From positions 1-64,000 of IMG/VR virus record IMGVR_UViG_3300017917_003565: 64,000 nt of DNA; one strand, written 5' to 3'. Origin of the DNA: a virus. Position 1 is the stretch's first letter; each line of letters starts with the position of its first letter. This document shows, piece after piece, positions 9,809-19,281 of the stretch. The notes below the pieces were generated by a model, which searched no databases, was not told where the DNA came from, and saw nothing but the letters and a program-made list of their open reading frames with translations. The translations under genes and the position numbers were made by a program.

Positions 9809-12041
9809 CTACCATGGGCGACGCCTGTGGTAGGTCAATAGTGAAATCCACTGCTCCGTCTCGGAGATCTACATTGATCTGGCAGTTTTCCAGTTTGTCA
9901 AACAGTATACGCTTGCTCAAGGGCACGCGAATCAGCTCGTCGATTTTGCGTCCCAAAGGTCGTGCGCCCATTTTAGAATCATAGCCCTTGTCGGCCAGCA
10001 TGTCGATCACGGCCTCAGTTAATGACAGACGTATGTTCTTATTCAACAGGCTGTCTTTGAGCTCGTCTACAAACTTGAGCACCACTTTCTTCACTGCCAA
10101 GGTATCTAGTTTGTTGAACTTGCACACACAGTCTATCCTGTTGCGTAGTTCGGGTTTGAAAAACTCTTTCATGGCCCGGTCTTCGGATCCGGTTTTTTCC
10201 AAGCTCTGGCCAAAGCCAATGTTGTTGTTTTCATTGTCGCGAGCACCCAAGTTAGATGTCATGATGATGATGCAGTTTTTGAGATCCACGGTTTTGCCTG
10301 CGGTACCAGTGATTCGTGCTTCGTCTAACATCTGTAACATGATGTTAATCACATCTGGATGAGCTTTCTCTATCTCATCAAACAACAATATAGAGAAAGG
10401 ATGTTTGCTGACATCTGCAATGAGTTTGCCGCCACCTAGATTGCCATCTTCGAATCCTACATACCCAGGTGGTGCTCCAATCAGACCACTCACGGTGTGT
10501 CGTTCTTGATATTCACTCATGTCATATTTCAGCAGTTTCATATCAAGATTTTCTGCCAACAATCTGGCCAGTTCAGTTTTACCAGTGCCGGTGGGGCCCA
10601 GAAACAAAAAACTGGCTATAGGGCGACGGTTGTTGCCTATGCCGGAGAAGTTGATATACACCCGTTCCAGCACACGATCCACGGCATCATCTTGCCCATA
10701 GAGTCGTTGTTTGATGTTGCTTTCTAGCTCAGTGACTCTGGTGCTTCGCTCATTTTCTAAACGATCCAAAGGCACATCAGTCACGCGACTCAACTGTGCC
10801 ATGATCATGTCACGTGTGACTGTGATCAGGCCAGCATCCTTTACACGCTCTCTGGCGCAGGCACCATCCAACAAATCAATGCTCTTATCAGGATTCTTAC
10901 GATCATGCATGTAACGACCACTTAACTCTACTGCTGTGGTTATAGCTTCAGTATCGATTAGCACATTATGGAATGACTCCAGACGTGGACTCAATCCAAT
11001 CAGGATCTGTTCTGTAGTTGCGGCATCAGGTTCATCCACGCCCACTCTATGGAACCTGCGCATAAGTGCTCGATCCTTTTCAAAACTTTCATAAAACTCT
11101 TCCCAGGTAGTGTTGGCCACGACCTTGATGGCTCCACGTGTAATGGCTGGCTTCAACATATTGGCCATGTCTAGAGTGCTTTGACTGGAGCTTCCTGCAC
11201 CCTTGATAGTGTGCGCTTCGTCAATGAACAACACACAGTTTTTCTTGGTTTCCAGAGCGGTGATTACAGCCTTGAACTTTTCTTCAAACTCACCGCGATA
11301 TTTTGATCCGGCCAACAATGAGCCAACTTCTAGACTCCACACTTCGTGATCTTTCAAGAACTCTGGCACACGTCCAGCTGAGATTTCCTGTGCCAGACCT
11401 TCTACGATGGCAGTTTTGCCCACACCAGGATCTCCAACCATGAGCACATTGGCTTTGAACTTGCGTGCCAACACAGTGATTATTTCTTCTAACTCTGAGC
11501 TACGACCAATCATGGGTTCCAGGCGATCTTCTCGCGCCAACTGTGTGAGATTCACACAGTGCTCTGCAAGTATTTCTGTGGCCTGCTGATCGGTGAGTTG
11601 TACATCACTTTGTCTGTAGTTGCCCTGATAAAACTCCACAAACTCGGTTTTCTTTACTCCGTATTTGAGTAGGAAATAATGTGCGTGACTATTGGTCTCG
11701 GCCATCATGGCCAGGTAAAGATCAACAGTGCTGATGGTTCTACGACCCGTGAATAGAACCTGAGTAAGTGCTCGATTGAAACAGCGTTCTAATGCATTGG
11801 TCTTTTTGGGTTGAATGTCTTTGGTGGTGACCACCGAGGTCAGACCCGACAGGTATGCCAGCAGTTCGGAATCCAGCATGGCTACATCGGTGCCAAACTT
11901 CTCCAGCACACGGCGGAATGGTTCGTGACGTATCAGGGCCAACAACACATGTTCGGTCATGACATATTCGTGTCGTAGTTCTCGTGCCAGTTTGACCGCG
12001 GCATCAACTATCTGTTCGATTTCAGGATTGTTCTGCATCAT
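9762..12041 (-). CDS. clpA: ATP-dependent Clp protease ATPase subunit, ClpA-like
   Basis: Clp N domain; two AAA+ modules (GDPGVGKT/FIDEAH, GPTGTGKT/LFDEIEKAH); IGF loop; no ClpB middle domain. Confidence 0.9.
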   Translation of the reverse strand: MMQNNPEIEQIVDAAVKLARELRHEYVMTEHVLLALIRHEPFRRVLEKFGTDVAMLDSELLAYLSGLTSVVTTKDIQPKKTNALERCFNRALTQVLFTGRRTISTVDLYLAMMAETNSHAHYFLLKYGVKKTEFVEFYQGNYRQSDVQLTDQQATEILAEHCVNLTQLAREDRLEPMIGRSSELEEIITVLARKFKANVLMVGDPGVGKTAIVEGLAQEISAGRVPEFLKDHEVWSLEVGSLLAGSKYRGEFEEKFKAVITALETKKNCVLFIDEAHTIKGAGSSSQSTLDMANMLKPAITRGAIKVVANTTWEEFYESFEKDRALMRRFHRVGVDEPDAATTEQILIGLSPRLESFHNVLIDTEAITTAVELSGRYMHDRKNPDKSIDLLDGACARERVKDAGLITVTRDMIMAQLSRVTDVPLDRLENERSTRVTELESNIKQRLYGQDDAVDRVLERVYINFSGIGNNRRPIASFLFLGPTGTGKTELARLLAENLDMKLLKYDMSEYQERHTVSGLIGAPPGYVGFEDGNLGGGKLIADVSKHPFSILLFDEIEKAHPDVINIMLQMLDEARITGTAGKTVDLKNCIIIMTSNLGARDNENNNIGFGQSLEKTGSEDRAMKEFFKPELRNRIDCVCKFNKLDTLAVKKVVLKFVDELKDSLLNKNIRLSLTEAVIDMLADKGYDSKMGARPLGRKIDELIRVPLSKRILFDKLENCQINVDLRDGAVDFTIDLPQASPMVDADGYIRLDTPNSAI

Positions 12042-12109
12042 TTCCTTGTTGGTATAGGTACTTATGTATTGTACGATATCTCTGGAACATTCGCAAGCAC
12101 AATAGGTAT

Positions 12110-12868
12110 TTATTTTTGGTATTTGGACCGAATCAGTTCCAGTAGATCATTGGGTATGTCTTTGGGTACAGAGGTTTGTATGCGTACCAAAAGATCTCCT
12201 ACCTGTCCCGAACGAGCCAGTAAACCACGACCTCGTAAGCGGATCAGTGTACCAGGTTGTGTTCCTGCAGGTACACTCACGACCAAGGTATTTTTTAGGA
12301 TATCTTGTATTTCAATCTCTGTGCCCAAGATCAGATTCCATATATCCACGGTTCGTTCCATGGTGAGATTGAGCCCTTGGCGTTGAAATCTAGGATCCGG
12401 GTGTACGCGGAAGGTCACTATGAGATCCATGCCGCCGGGCCCAATACCAGGATATTGTACAGAATCTCCGTCATCTATACCCTGTGGTATTTCTATGTCA
12501 GCGGCCACAGTGCCATTGTTGCTGCCGATGCTGACAGTGCGCCGGCCTCCTTGAGCAGAATCAGTGAGTGTGATCCACAGACTCATGCGGGCCTGTTGCA
12601 TGCGTTGATGAGGTTGTTGGAACCTGGCACCAAACATGTTGAATATGTGATCAAAATCAAATCCGCCGGTGCCAAACGGTGAACCATGTTGTTGTGCCTG
12701 AGGTCTAGGATTGGTCAGAGCCTCATAGGCCGATTGTATCTCTTGGAAACGGCTGGTGTCTCCGCCCTTGTCAGGATGATGCTGGCTGGCCAGTCGTCGG
12801 TAAGCACGTTTGATTTCATCCGGAGTGGCGTTGCGATCCACGCCCAAAGTTTGATAAGGATTTTGCAT
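12110..12868 (-). CDS. DnaJ-family co-chaperone lacking zinc finger (CbpA-like)
   Basis: J domain with HPD, G/F-rich linker, DnaJ C-terminal domain. Confidence 0.9.
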   Translation of the reverse strand: MQNPYQTLGVDRNATPDEIKRAYRRLASQHHPDKGGDTSRFQEIQSAYEALTNPRPQAQQHGSPFGTGGFDFDHIFNMFGARFQQPHQRMQQARMSLWITLTDSAQGGRRTVSIGSNNGTVAADIEIPQGIDDGDSVQYPGIGPGGMDLIVTFRVHPDPRFQRQGLNLTMERTVDIWNLILGTEIEIQDILKNTLVVSVPAGTQPGTLIRLRGRGLLARSGQVGDLLVRIQTSVPKDIPNDLLELIRSKYQK

Positions 12869-12923
12869 AAAAAGAAACAGCAGACAACAAGTTAGTTATG
12901 CTGTCTGCTGGATCTAGATGCAA

Positions 12924-13115
12924 TTATTTTTTATTGCTTTTTTCTGGAACTGGAGTACCTTCCAGTTTTTTGTGTACCTTGATATTTTTGCAGACTTCTT
13001 TTTTGGTTTTTTCATCTATCTTGCAAACACGTTTGGTTTCTCCTGCAGCCGCGGCCACAGTAGCAATACCAAAAGTCATGACCACGGTCCAACAGATTCT
13101 TTTGATCAAACTCAT
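12924..13115 (-). CDS. Small secreted protein
   Basis: Signal peptide ending AAA; basic mature part with two Cys. Confidence 0.6.
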   Translation of the reverse strand: MSLIKRICWTVVMTFGIATVAAAAGETKRVCKIDEKTKKEVCKNIKVHKKLEGTPVPEKSNKK

Positions 13116-13127
13116 TTTTATTTCTCC

Positions 13128-13610
13128 TTAGATTTCAGGGTGCGGTGGTTGTACTGGTGCGCCAAAAGCTGGTGCTTTCTGTGGTACTGGTGCGCCAAAA
13201 CTAGGAGCGGTGCTCACACTGTTGCCGCCCAGCGGTGCTGACCCAAAGCTGGGTGCTGGTGCAACAGGTGCTCCGAAGCTGGGAGCTGAAGGTGCGCCTA
13301 GACCAGCTGTGTTTCCGGCCTTGTCATTGAGTTTTTCCTGGGTACGACCATATGCGGCGATACCAAGTATGGCACCCATGGCTATGTGGAATAAACCGGC
13401 ACCTTGCAGGGTGATAGGCACCCACTGTGCTTTGACTTCTCCGCCACCATGTACCTGTACAATACTCCATAAGATAGGAAATATCACAAAGTCGGCAGTA
13501 CACACTATCATGTACATCCAGCCCATCATGGGCCGCCACTTAGAATTCATCCAGTCTTCTTTTTTCTTTTCACTTTCCGACATCTTAGAATACTCTTCGG
13601 CTGTGGCCAT
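13128..13610 (-). CDS. Holin-like membrane protein (GTA 3TM holin-like)
   Basis: WRPMMGWMY motif, TM helices, GIAAYGRTQEK, Pro/Ala-rich tail. Confidence 0.6.
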   Translation of the reverse strand: MATAEEYSKMSESEKKKEDWMNSKWRPMMGWMYMIVCTADFVIFPILWSIVQVHGGGEVKAQWVPITLQGAGLFHIAMGAILGIAAYGRTQEKLNDKAGNTAGLGAPSAPSFGAPVAPAPSFGSAPLGGNSVSTAPSFGAPVPQKAPAFGAPVQPPHPEI

Positions 13611-13649
13611 GGCTCGCTCCTTTTATTATTATTATAGGCTGCTATTTTA

Positions 13650-13910
13650 TTATACTGCTGAGGCCAAGGTGACCAAAGCAGTTATGGCTGTATTTAACCT
13701 TTGTTTGGTCTCAAATTGTGACATGTTTTCGGTGATAGTAATCTGACGTTGTAGATCCTGTAACAGTTCTGAGTATTCAGACTGGCTGATGTTACCGGCA
13801 CGTAGTTCTTCAGTGTAGGCCGCGGTGGCCTGGGCTACCATTTTAGTGTTTTCATCATCTGGGTTGTTTAAGATATGTAGGACTTCCGTTTCCCATTGTT
13901 GCCAGCTCAT
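13650..13910 (-). CDS. Hypothetical protein
   Basis: 86-aa helical ORF. Confidence 0.6.
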   Translation of the reverse strand: MSWQQWETEVLHILNNPDDENTKMVAQATAAYTEELRAGNISQSEYSELLQDLQRQITITENMSQFETKQRLNTAITALVTLASAV

Positions 13911-14401
13911 TTAGTTCTCCTCGGGTGCATTTTTGCGTAGTCATACCAGCGATCCACAACTTCAAATCCTGGTCTAAAAAATATTGCAGCTGGAACAGCA
14001 CTTTGTCGCATGATGCCTACTCGTTGCCGGCCGGCAGGTGCTGGTTCCACTGTTTTTGTTTTTACATCCACAGGTTGCAACCATGCGTCGGGTTTTAATC
14101 GTACCAACCACACGTAAGGTTTGTCAGCGGCAAACAAAGATTCTTTGTTTTTGAGATAGTAGCGTAATGGATAAAACCACTGTGCTGGACGGCCAACACC
14201 ACGACCGATGTAGTCTATATCAAAGTCTGGATGGTCAACATCAGGACTACGACCAATGGCCTGTTTTGCGCTGTAACCCAACTTGTCTATGTCTGTGAGT
14301 CGCACAAAATAATCATCAAGATTGCCGCCACTGCGTTTGGCTGTGTTTAACAGTTCTTGTGTGACATCTATACCTTCGATCACAAAATCTTGAGCTCGCA
14401 T
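13907..14401 (-). CDS. Hypothetical protein, MRAQDF family
   Basis: N-terminus MRAQDFVIE; coupled to neighbours. Confidence 0.7.
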   Translation of the reverse strand: MRAQDFVIEGIDVTQELLNTAKRSGGNLDDYFVRLTDIDKLGYSAKQAIGRSPDVDHPDFDIDYIGRGVGRPAQWFYPLRYYLKNKESLFAADKPYVWLVRLKPDAWLQPVDVKTKTVEPAPAGRQRVGIMRQSAVPAAIFFRPGFEVVDRWYDYAKMHPRRTK

Positions 14402-14820
14402 CAGTAGGCTTCCCGATAAGGTTTACCCCAGTTTGCGGCCAACCTGTCTATGGTTTCTTTGTTCATGTTGGGCTGACCTAAATACTGGTCAAACTGTTTT
14501 TTGTTGTTGGCCAAAAATGCTATAGTGGCCTTGACATAGTTGTTCCAGTCTGAATCCGTGCCCAGGCTGGCACGCATGTTTGCCACAGCACCGTTATTGT
14601 CTCCGGCCATGGCCAACAACTGTCCAAGATGCCAAAACAAGGTAGATGGAAGCAACTGTCGTGATCCTTGGGGAGCATTGACAAATTGACCTTGACGCAC
14701 ATACTGACCAATGTAATCTTTCAAAGCGGCTATGGCTCGGGGTTGGCTCAAGCTACGCCAACCCTCTTGAGTCTGGTCAAAGGTCCAAGGATCTTGTGAT
14801 AAAAATTCTGTGGCTCTCAT
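14401..14820 (-). CDS. Helical (TPR-like) protein, MRATEF family
   Basis: N-terminus MRATEF; WHLGQLLAMAGD TPR-like segment. Confidence 0.6.
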   Translation of the reverse strand: MRATEFLSQDPWTFDQTQEGWRSLSQPRAIAALKDYIGQYVRQGQFVNAPQGSRQLLPSTLFWHLGQLLAMAGDNNGAVANMRASLGTDSDWNNYVKATIAFLANNKKQFDQYLGQPNMNKETIDRLAANWGKPYREAY

Positions 14821-15296
14821 AGATATCCCACCCAGGCAGGCCCAATGTAGCCTTGTGGGAATGCCTTTAATGCTTGTATGGTTCTATGACCGCCTTCCCA
14901 TAGTTCATAACCGTCGGGTCGTTTCAGCACGATAATAGGCTCTTTGCTAACACCTTGTTGTTGTATCCGGGCAGCCTGTGCGGCGTGTCGTTCGGCATCT
15001 CTAGGAACTTGATTGGGATTTTTTGAACCGCCTTCTCGCTTGCGAATCTGTTCTTGAGTTTGAGGTGTAAAGATATCCAGGGTGATTGGCAACTGTTCCA
15101 GGCGCCACTGGCGGACCGGATATTCTTGCAAAAGATGTTGTATGTGTTCTTTTTTATCTTCAAGTTCTAGGTTGTTGGGAATTCTGCCGTAGAGAGCATC
15201 TTTGACCACATAGTCAGGCCAATGCCGTGGCACCATGCTTCTGATCAGTCGCCATGCTCCTGCTTGAATTTCTGTTAAAAATTCTTGGGCTCTCAT
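14817..15296 (-). CDS. ParB/Srx-like domain protein, MRAQEF family
   Basis: MRAQEFLTE; EPIIV...YELWEGGHR. Confidence 0.65.
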   Translation of the reverse strand: MRAQEFLTEIQAGAWRLIRSMVPRHWPDYVVKDALYGRIPNNLELEDKKEHIQHLLQEYPVRQWRLEQLPITLDIFTPQTQEQIRKREGGSKNPNQVPRDAERHAAQAARIQQQGVSKEPIIVLKRPDGYELWEGGHRTIQALKAFPQGYIGPAWVGYL

Positions 15297-15871
15297 AGGC
15301 TGTAGGGATCCACTATTACAAGATGGCCGTTGTCTCTGCGGCCAAGGTTTTCCACGGCTGAAAGATCCAAGGGTGCTGTGCCGCCCAAGGACTGCATCAT
15401 GTGTTCAGTGGCCTGAAGTAGTCCTGCTAACTGCTTGACACCAATTTCATCTGGCACAGGATTTTTCTTAACATATTCTGCGCCCTGTCCACGATCCACA
15501 GCACTCATTAACTTTTCAATGTAGTCCAAGGTGGCTTCTTCGTTGGCCACATAGTTCACTCGTTCCATTTCATACACAAAGTAGGTTTCACCGTCCACTT
15601 CGAAGTCGCCGCTGTTGTAGATTCTAGGATAGAAAGGATTCTGTTGATTTTTTTTGAAGAATCGCACATACCGTTTAACAACCTGCTCACGCTCGTCTTC
15701 GCCTATTCCTAGCACTTTTAGTATGGTGCCACGTGGACTTTCAAAGGCCATCTGATCACGGCCTTCTCCGGCCAACTGATATCCACGCTGGTAGAAGTAA
15801 TCTTGTATGCGATCACTCACAGTGAGTTCATCAGGGTAGTTGACCTCAGCGAAAAATTCTCTAGCTCTCAT
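15293..15871 (-). CDS. Protein-kinase-like fold protein, MRAREF family
   Basis: Start moved to MRAREFFAE at 15871; GEGRDQMAF, ILKV, YEMERV, DLSAVENL, LVIVDP. Confidence 0.6.
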   Translation of the reverse strand: MRAREFFAEVNYPDELTVSDRIQDYFYQRGYQLAGEGRDQMAFESPRGTILKVLGIGEDEREQVVKRYVRFFKKNQQNPFYPRIYNSGDFEVDGETYFVYEMERVNYVANEEATLDYIEKLMSAVDRGQGAEYVKKNPVPDEIGVKQLAGLLQATEHMMQSLGGTAPLDLSAVENLGRRDNGHLVIVDPYSL

Positions 15872-15879
15872 ACTAGTAT

Positions 15880-16296
15880 TTAACGAGGTCTGCCGGCAGT
15901 TACCCGTTGTATGAGTTCGGCGCTGTGTTCTATGTTGTTGTATTTGAGTCGGCAAAAAGTAGCACTCACAGGACCTTTGCTATAGGCCGTGTTCAACCCT
16001 TGTGCTATTTCGTTGAGGGCACGCGAAGCTCGATACCCATTTTCGTTGCGTGGAATCAGCTCTGAATATTTTTCATACAGTTCTGTCTTGGCAGCAACAG
16101 TCTGAGCATTTTGTGGTGCCAACATAGGATTATCACATTGTCGTCGATATTGTATGGCCTGTGTGCGAATCTCTGTGATCAAGAGATATTCGTTGGCATC
16201 ATAAGGTGCCATGAAGTAGGCATCCCAGAGAGCACATCCACTGAGTGCGGTGGTCGTCACAGTTGCCAACAATAATCTACGCATATTTCTCATCAA
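15880..16296 (-). CDS. Lipoprotein
   Basis: Basic N-terminus, hydrophobic stretch, lipobox LSGC. Confidence 0.7.
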   Translation of the reverse strand: MMRNMRRLLLATVTTTALSGCALWDAYFMAPYDANEYLLITEIRTQAIQYRRQCDNPMLAPQNAQTVAAKTELYEKYSELIPRNENGYRASRALNEIAQGLNTAYSKGPVSATFCRLKYNNIEHSAELIQRVTAGRPR

Positions 16297-17579
16297 TGAA
16301 ATTGACCTTCCTCTGTGGAACCCTTCATAGCTGTGGTAGATGAATCACGCTCGATAGTAGTGGTCACTGCATCAAAATAGGTGGTGCCCACTTCGCGCTG
16401 ATGCTTGACAGCAGTGAATCCACGATCAGCCGCAGCAAATTCTTGTTCCTGCAGTTTCACAAAACTGGTCATTCCATCTCGTGCATAACCGTGTGCTAGA
16501 TCAAACATACCATAGTTGAGCTGATGGAACCCGGCCAAGGTGATGAACTGAAACTTGTAACCCATGGCACCTAGTTCGCGTTGGAACTTGGCGATGGTAG
16601 CGTCATCGAGATTTTTCTTCCAGTTAAAACTGGGTGAACAGTTGTAGCTCAACATCTTGCCAGGGAACTGTTTATGGATGGCTTCAGCAAAGGCCCGGGC
16701 AAATGCCAGATCTGGTACTCCGGTCTCGCACCATACCAAGTCAGCATAGGGCGCATAGGCTAATCCGCGGCTTATGGCTTGGTTAAGTCCGTTGGCAGTG
16801 CGGTAGAAGCCTTCAACGGTGCGCTCGCCAGTGAGGAATGGTTGGTCAATGGGGTCAACATCGGATGTCACTAGATCTGCGGCCTCAGCATCAGTTCTAG
16901 CAATAAGGACAGTAGGAACGCCAAGCACATCACTAGCAAGACGTGCAGCGATGAGTTTCGCCACTGCTTCTCGAGTCGGGACCAGTACCTTTCCTCCCAT
17001 GTGTCCGCACTTCTTGACCGAGGCAAGTTGATCTTCGAAGTGGACTCCTGCGGCTCCTGCATGTATCATTCCTTTCATCAATTCAAAAGCATTTAACACA
17101 CCACCAAAGCCGGCTTCGGCGTCGGCCACGATGGGAACAAAATAATCTACATCATCTATGCCTTCCATCCACTGTATCTCGTCCGCACGCTTGAAAGTGT
17201 TGTTGATGCGGCGTACCACTGCGGGCACTGAATTGACCGGATACAGGCTCTGGTCCGGGTACATTTCGGATCCGAGATTGGCGTCAGCGGCCACTTGCCA
17301 ACCCGACAGATATATGGCACGCAACCCGGCCTTGGCCTGTTGTAGTGCCTGCATGCCTGTGAGTGCGCCCAGGGCGTTGACATAGTCGGTGGTTGTAAGA
17401 TCTCGCCACAAGCGATCAGCACCACGTTTTGCCAGGGTACATTCTTCTTGCACGCTGCCTCGCAATCGCACTACATCTTCTGCGGTGTATTCTCTTTTGA
17501 TGCCGGCCCATCTAGGGTTATCGGTCCAGTCCATCTGCAGAGCATAGGCTTGATGATTGCGGTCTTTGTTGTGATCCAT
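16293..17579 (-). CDS. aceA: Isocitrate lyase
   Basis: KKCGHMGGK catalytic motif, [32 protein letters not shown]; start at MDHNK after AAGGAG. Confidence 0.97.
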   Translation of the reverse strand: MDHNKDRNHQAYALQMDWTDNPRWAGIKREYTAEDVVRLRGSVQEECTLAKRGADRLWRDLTTTDYVNALGALTGMQALQQAKAGLRAIYLSGWQVAADANLGSEMYPDQSLYPVNSVPAVVRRINNTFKRADEIQWMEGIDDVDYFVPIVADAEAGFGGVLNAFELMKGMIHAGAAGVHFEDQLASVKKCGHMGGKVLVPTREAVAKLIAARLASDVLGVPTVLIARTDAEAADLVTSDVDPIDQPFLTGERTVEGFYRTANGLNQAISRGLAYAPYADLVWCETGVPDLAFARAFAEAIHKQFPGKMLSYNCSPSFNWKKNLDDATIAKFQRELGAMGYKFQFITLAGFHQLNYGMFDLAHGYARDGMTSFVKLQEQEFAAADRGFTAVKHQREVGTTYFDAVTTTIERDSSTTAMKGSTEEGQFH

Positions 17580-17640
17580 TGTGGTTCTCCTTGTTGATAC
17601 GATATTTATTTGCAGTGCAACAAGATTCTCAGTTTTTGGG

Positions 17641-17979
17641 TCAAGCACTGTCTTTTTTATTGGCCATGTATTTGTCCATGATAGCGTTGCCCACCCAAAC
17701 AGCCATATAACCTACAAAATACCATTCTGGAAAGTTACTGGGATTGTTTACTAAAATATAGATAAACCCCCAGGTGCTGATGACCCAGGCACCAAATCTG
17801 GTGAACTTCTTTTCATCTAAATGACCATCAGTGGACACTAGATCAGTGAGATCCAGTTTGTCATTGGGGTTGCGTGTCATCTGGATCAAGGTAATAATAA
17901 TGATCAACACCAACAGGGCCAGCAACAGTTCCATGGTATTGGCAGATGTGAAATAATTCATGAATTTTTCAAAGGTCAT
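17641..17979 (-). CDS. Membrane protein, possible holin/antiholin
   Basis: Three hydrophobic segments; follows spanins. Confidence 0.5.
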   Translation of the reverse strand: MTFEKFMNYFTSANTMELLLALLVLIIIITLIQMTRNPNDKLDLTDLVSTDGHLDEKKFTRFGAWVISTWGFIYILVNNPSNFPEWYFVGYMAVWVGNAIMDKYMANKKDSA

Positions 17980-18278
17980 TTTGATATGCTTTCGTAGATT
18001 TTTCTTTGATTATCATACCATTGCGACCAACCGTCAGCGCGATTCTTGCACTCGTAATACTGTGCATAGTTGGCTGTGACCACTTCCAGGAGACTACTTA
18101 GCTGGTGGTCTTGTGGGTTGACTTGTGCCAGGGGCGGGCAGGGTTCCTGGAGTTCCTTTGGCACCTCCGGAAACTTGATTTTTACTGGCGCTGTTGTGCA
18201 GGCTGATAGCAACATCAGGCACACGGCACTCACTATTAATCTTTTCTGCATTGGCCCTGACAGCGGCTTGATTTGCAT
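17976..18278 (-). CDS. o-spanin (Rz1-like lipoprotein)
   Basis: Lipobox LSAC, Pro-rich, overlaps the 3' part of the i-spanin gene in another frame. Confidence 0.75.
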   Translation of the reverse strand: MQIKPLSGPMQKRLIVSAVCLMLLSACTTAPVKIKFPEVPKELQEPCPPLAQVNPQDHQLSSLLEVVTANYAQYYECKNRADGWSQWYDNQRKIYESISK

Positions 18279-18624
18279 TTTTTACTTCCTGTGTTAAACG
18301 TTTATTTTGTGTGAGCTGATCTGTCAGCTTCTTGTTAGATTCTTGACTTTGTTGTTCTGCTACCGCTACCCGGGCTTCTAACTCTTTGACACGCTCACGC
18401 CAACTGCGTTCTACATCGGCACCACCTTTGAAATACACTCCCAGCACCAGGCAGATCACACCAATGGCCTGTATGGGCCCACGATAAAGATTAAAGTAAG
18501 GTACCCATCGAGCTATCCATGATGCACTTATTCCTACAAGACCAGCTATGATCAAGCCATTCACGAGAACGGTGATCAACCAGTCTGGTACCAGACTCCA
18601 AAGGACAGCCAACTGCCACATCAA
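18094..18624 (-). CDS. i-spanin (Rz-like)
   Basis: N-terminal TM helices then coiled coil; directly after endolysin. Confidence 0.7.
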   Translation of the reverse strand: MMWQLAVLWSLVPDWLITVLVNGLIIAGLVGISASWIARWVPYFNLYRGPIQAIGVICLVLGVYFKGGADVERSWRERVKELEARVAVAEQQSQESNKKLTDQLTQNKRLTQEVKNANQAAVRANAEKINSECRVPDVAISLHNSASKNQVSGGAKGTPGTLPAPGTSQPTRPPAK

Positions 18625-19247
18625 TGACCGCCAAATACTTCTAGGGCATGAGCATAGTGTTTCATTCTATCCTCAAGGCCAATGGTTCCCCCATTTATTC
18701 TTTTTGTCATTGTGAGAATGTCATTGTTGTCGGCATATTGATTCAAGTTGTTGGTTTCCCAGAACCAGCAGGCACTTTGTACAGCACCTTCAAAGGTTTC
18801 AAGATAAGCGGCAGCTTCTTCCACGGGTGTTTCTATTGAATCGGCAAAGTTAGTGTAGTTACTCTTGCCTGTGAGTTGTATGAGTCCACGTCCGCAATAG
18901 CGATATCCATCACCTGATTCTTCGGGGCCGTTGCCCATACGGTTGGCATAGATCCTGTTGGCTATGGCTTCAGCCTTGTTGGGCAGGCTGGCATACTGTT
19001 CAGCTAGGGCATCTGTGGGAAAATACTTGGGAAATATCTTTCTCAGGCTGGCAGCACGATAGTTTAAGTTTTCTTTCAAGAACATGAATCCACCTGATTC
19101 ATGAGCGCACTGTGCCAAAAAGGCAGCCACACGTTGCGGCGTGTCTATGCCGTAATCGGGCAGAAGTTTGTTCAAAGCCGAACACCACTGATCTATGTAG
19201 GGATTTCGAGGTATGATTTGGGCCAGTTGTTCGCGTGTGATTTCCAT
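18621..19247 (-). CDS. GH19 family endolysin
   Basis: FLAQCAHESG, ENLNY, YCGRGLIQLTG, TKRINGG. Confidence 0.9.
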   Translation of the reverse strand: MEITREQLAQIIPRNPYIDQWCSALNKLLPDYGIDTPQRVAAFLAQCAHESGGFMFLKENLNYRAASLRKIFPKYFPTDALAEQYASLPNKAEAIANRIYANRMGNGPEESGDGYRYCGRGLIQLTGKSNYTNFADSIETPVEEAAAYLETFEGAVQSACWFWETNNLNQYADNNDILTMTKRINGGTIGLEDRMKHYAHALEVFGGH

Positions 19248-19281
19248 GATATGTCCTTGTGATAAGGATATTTAGCGTTTT

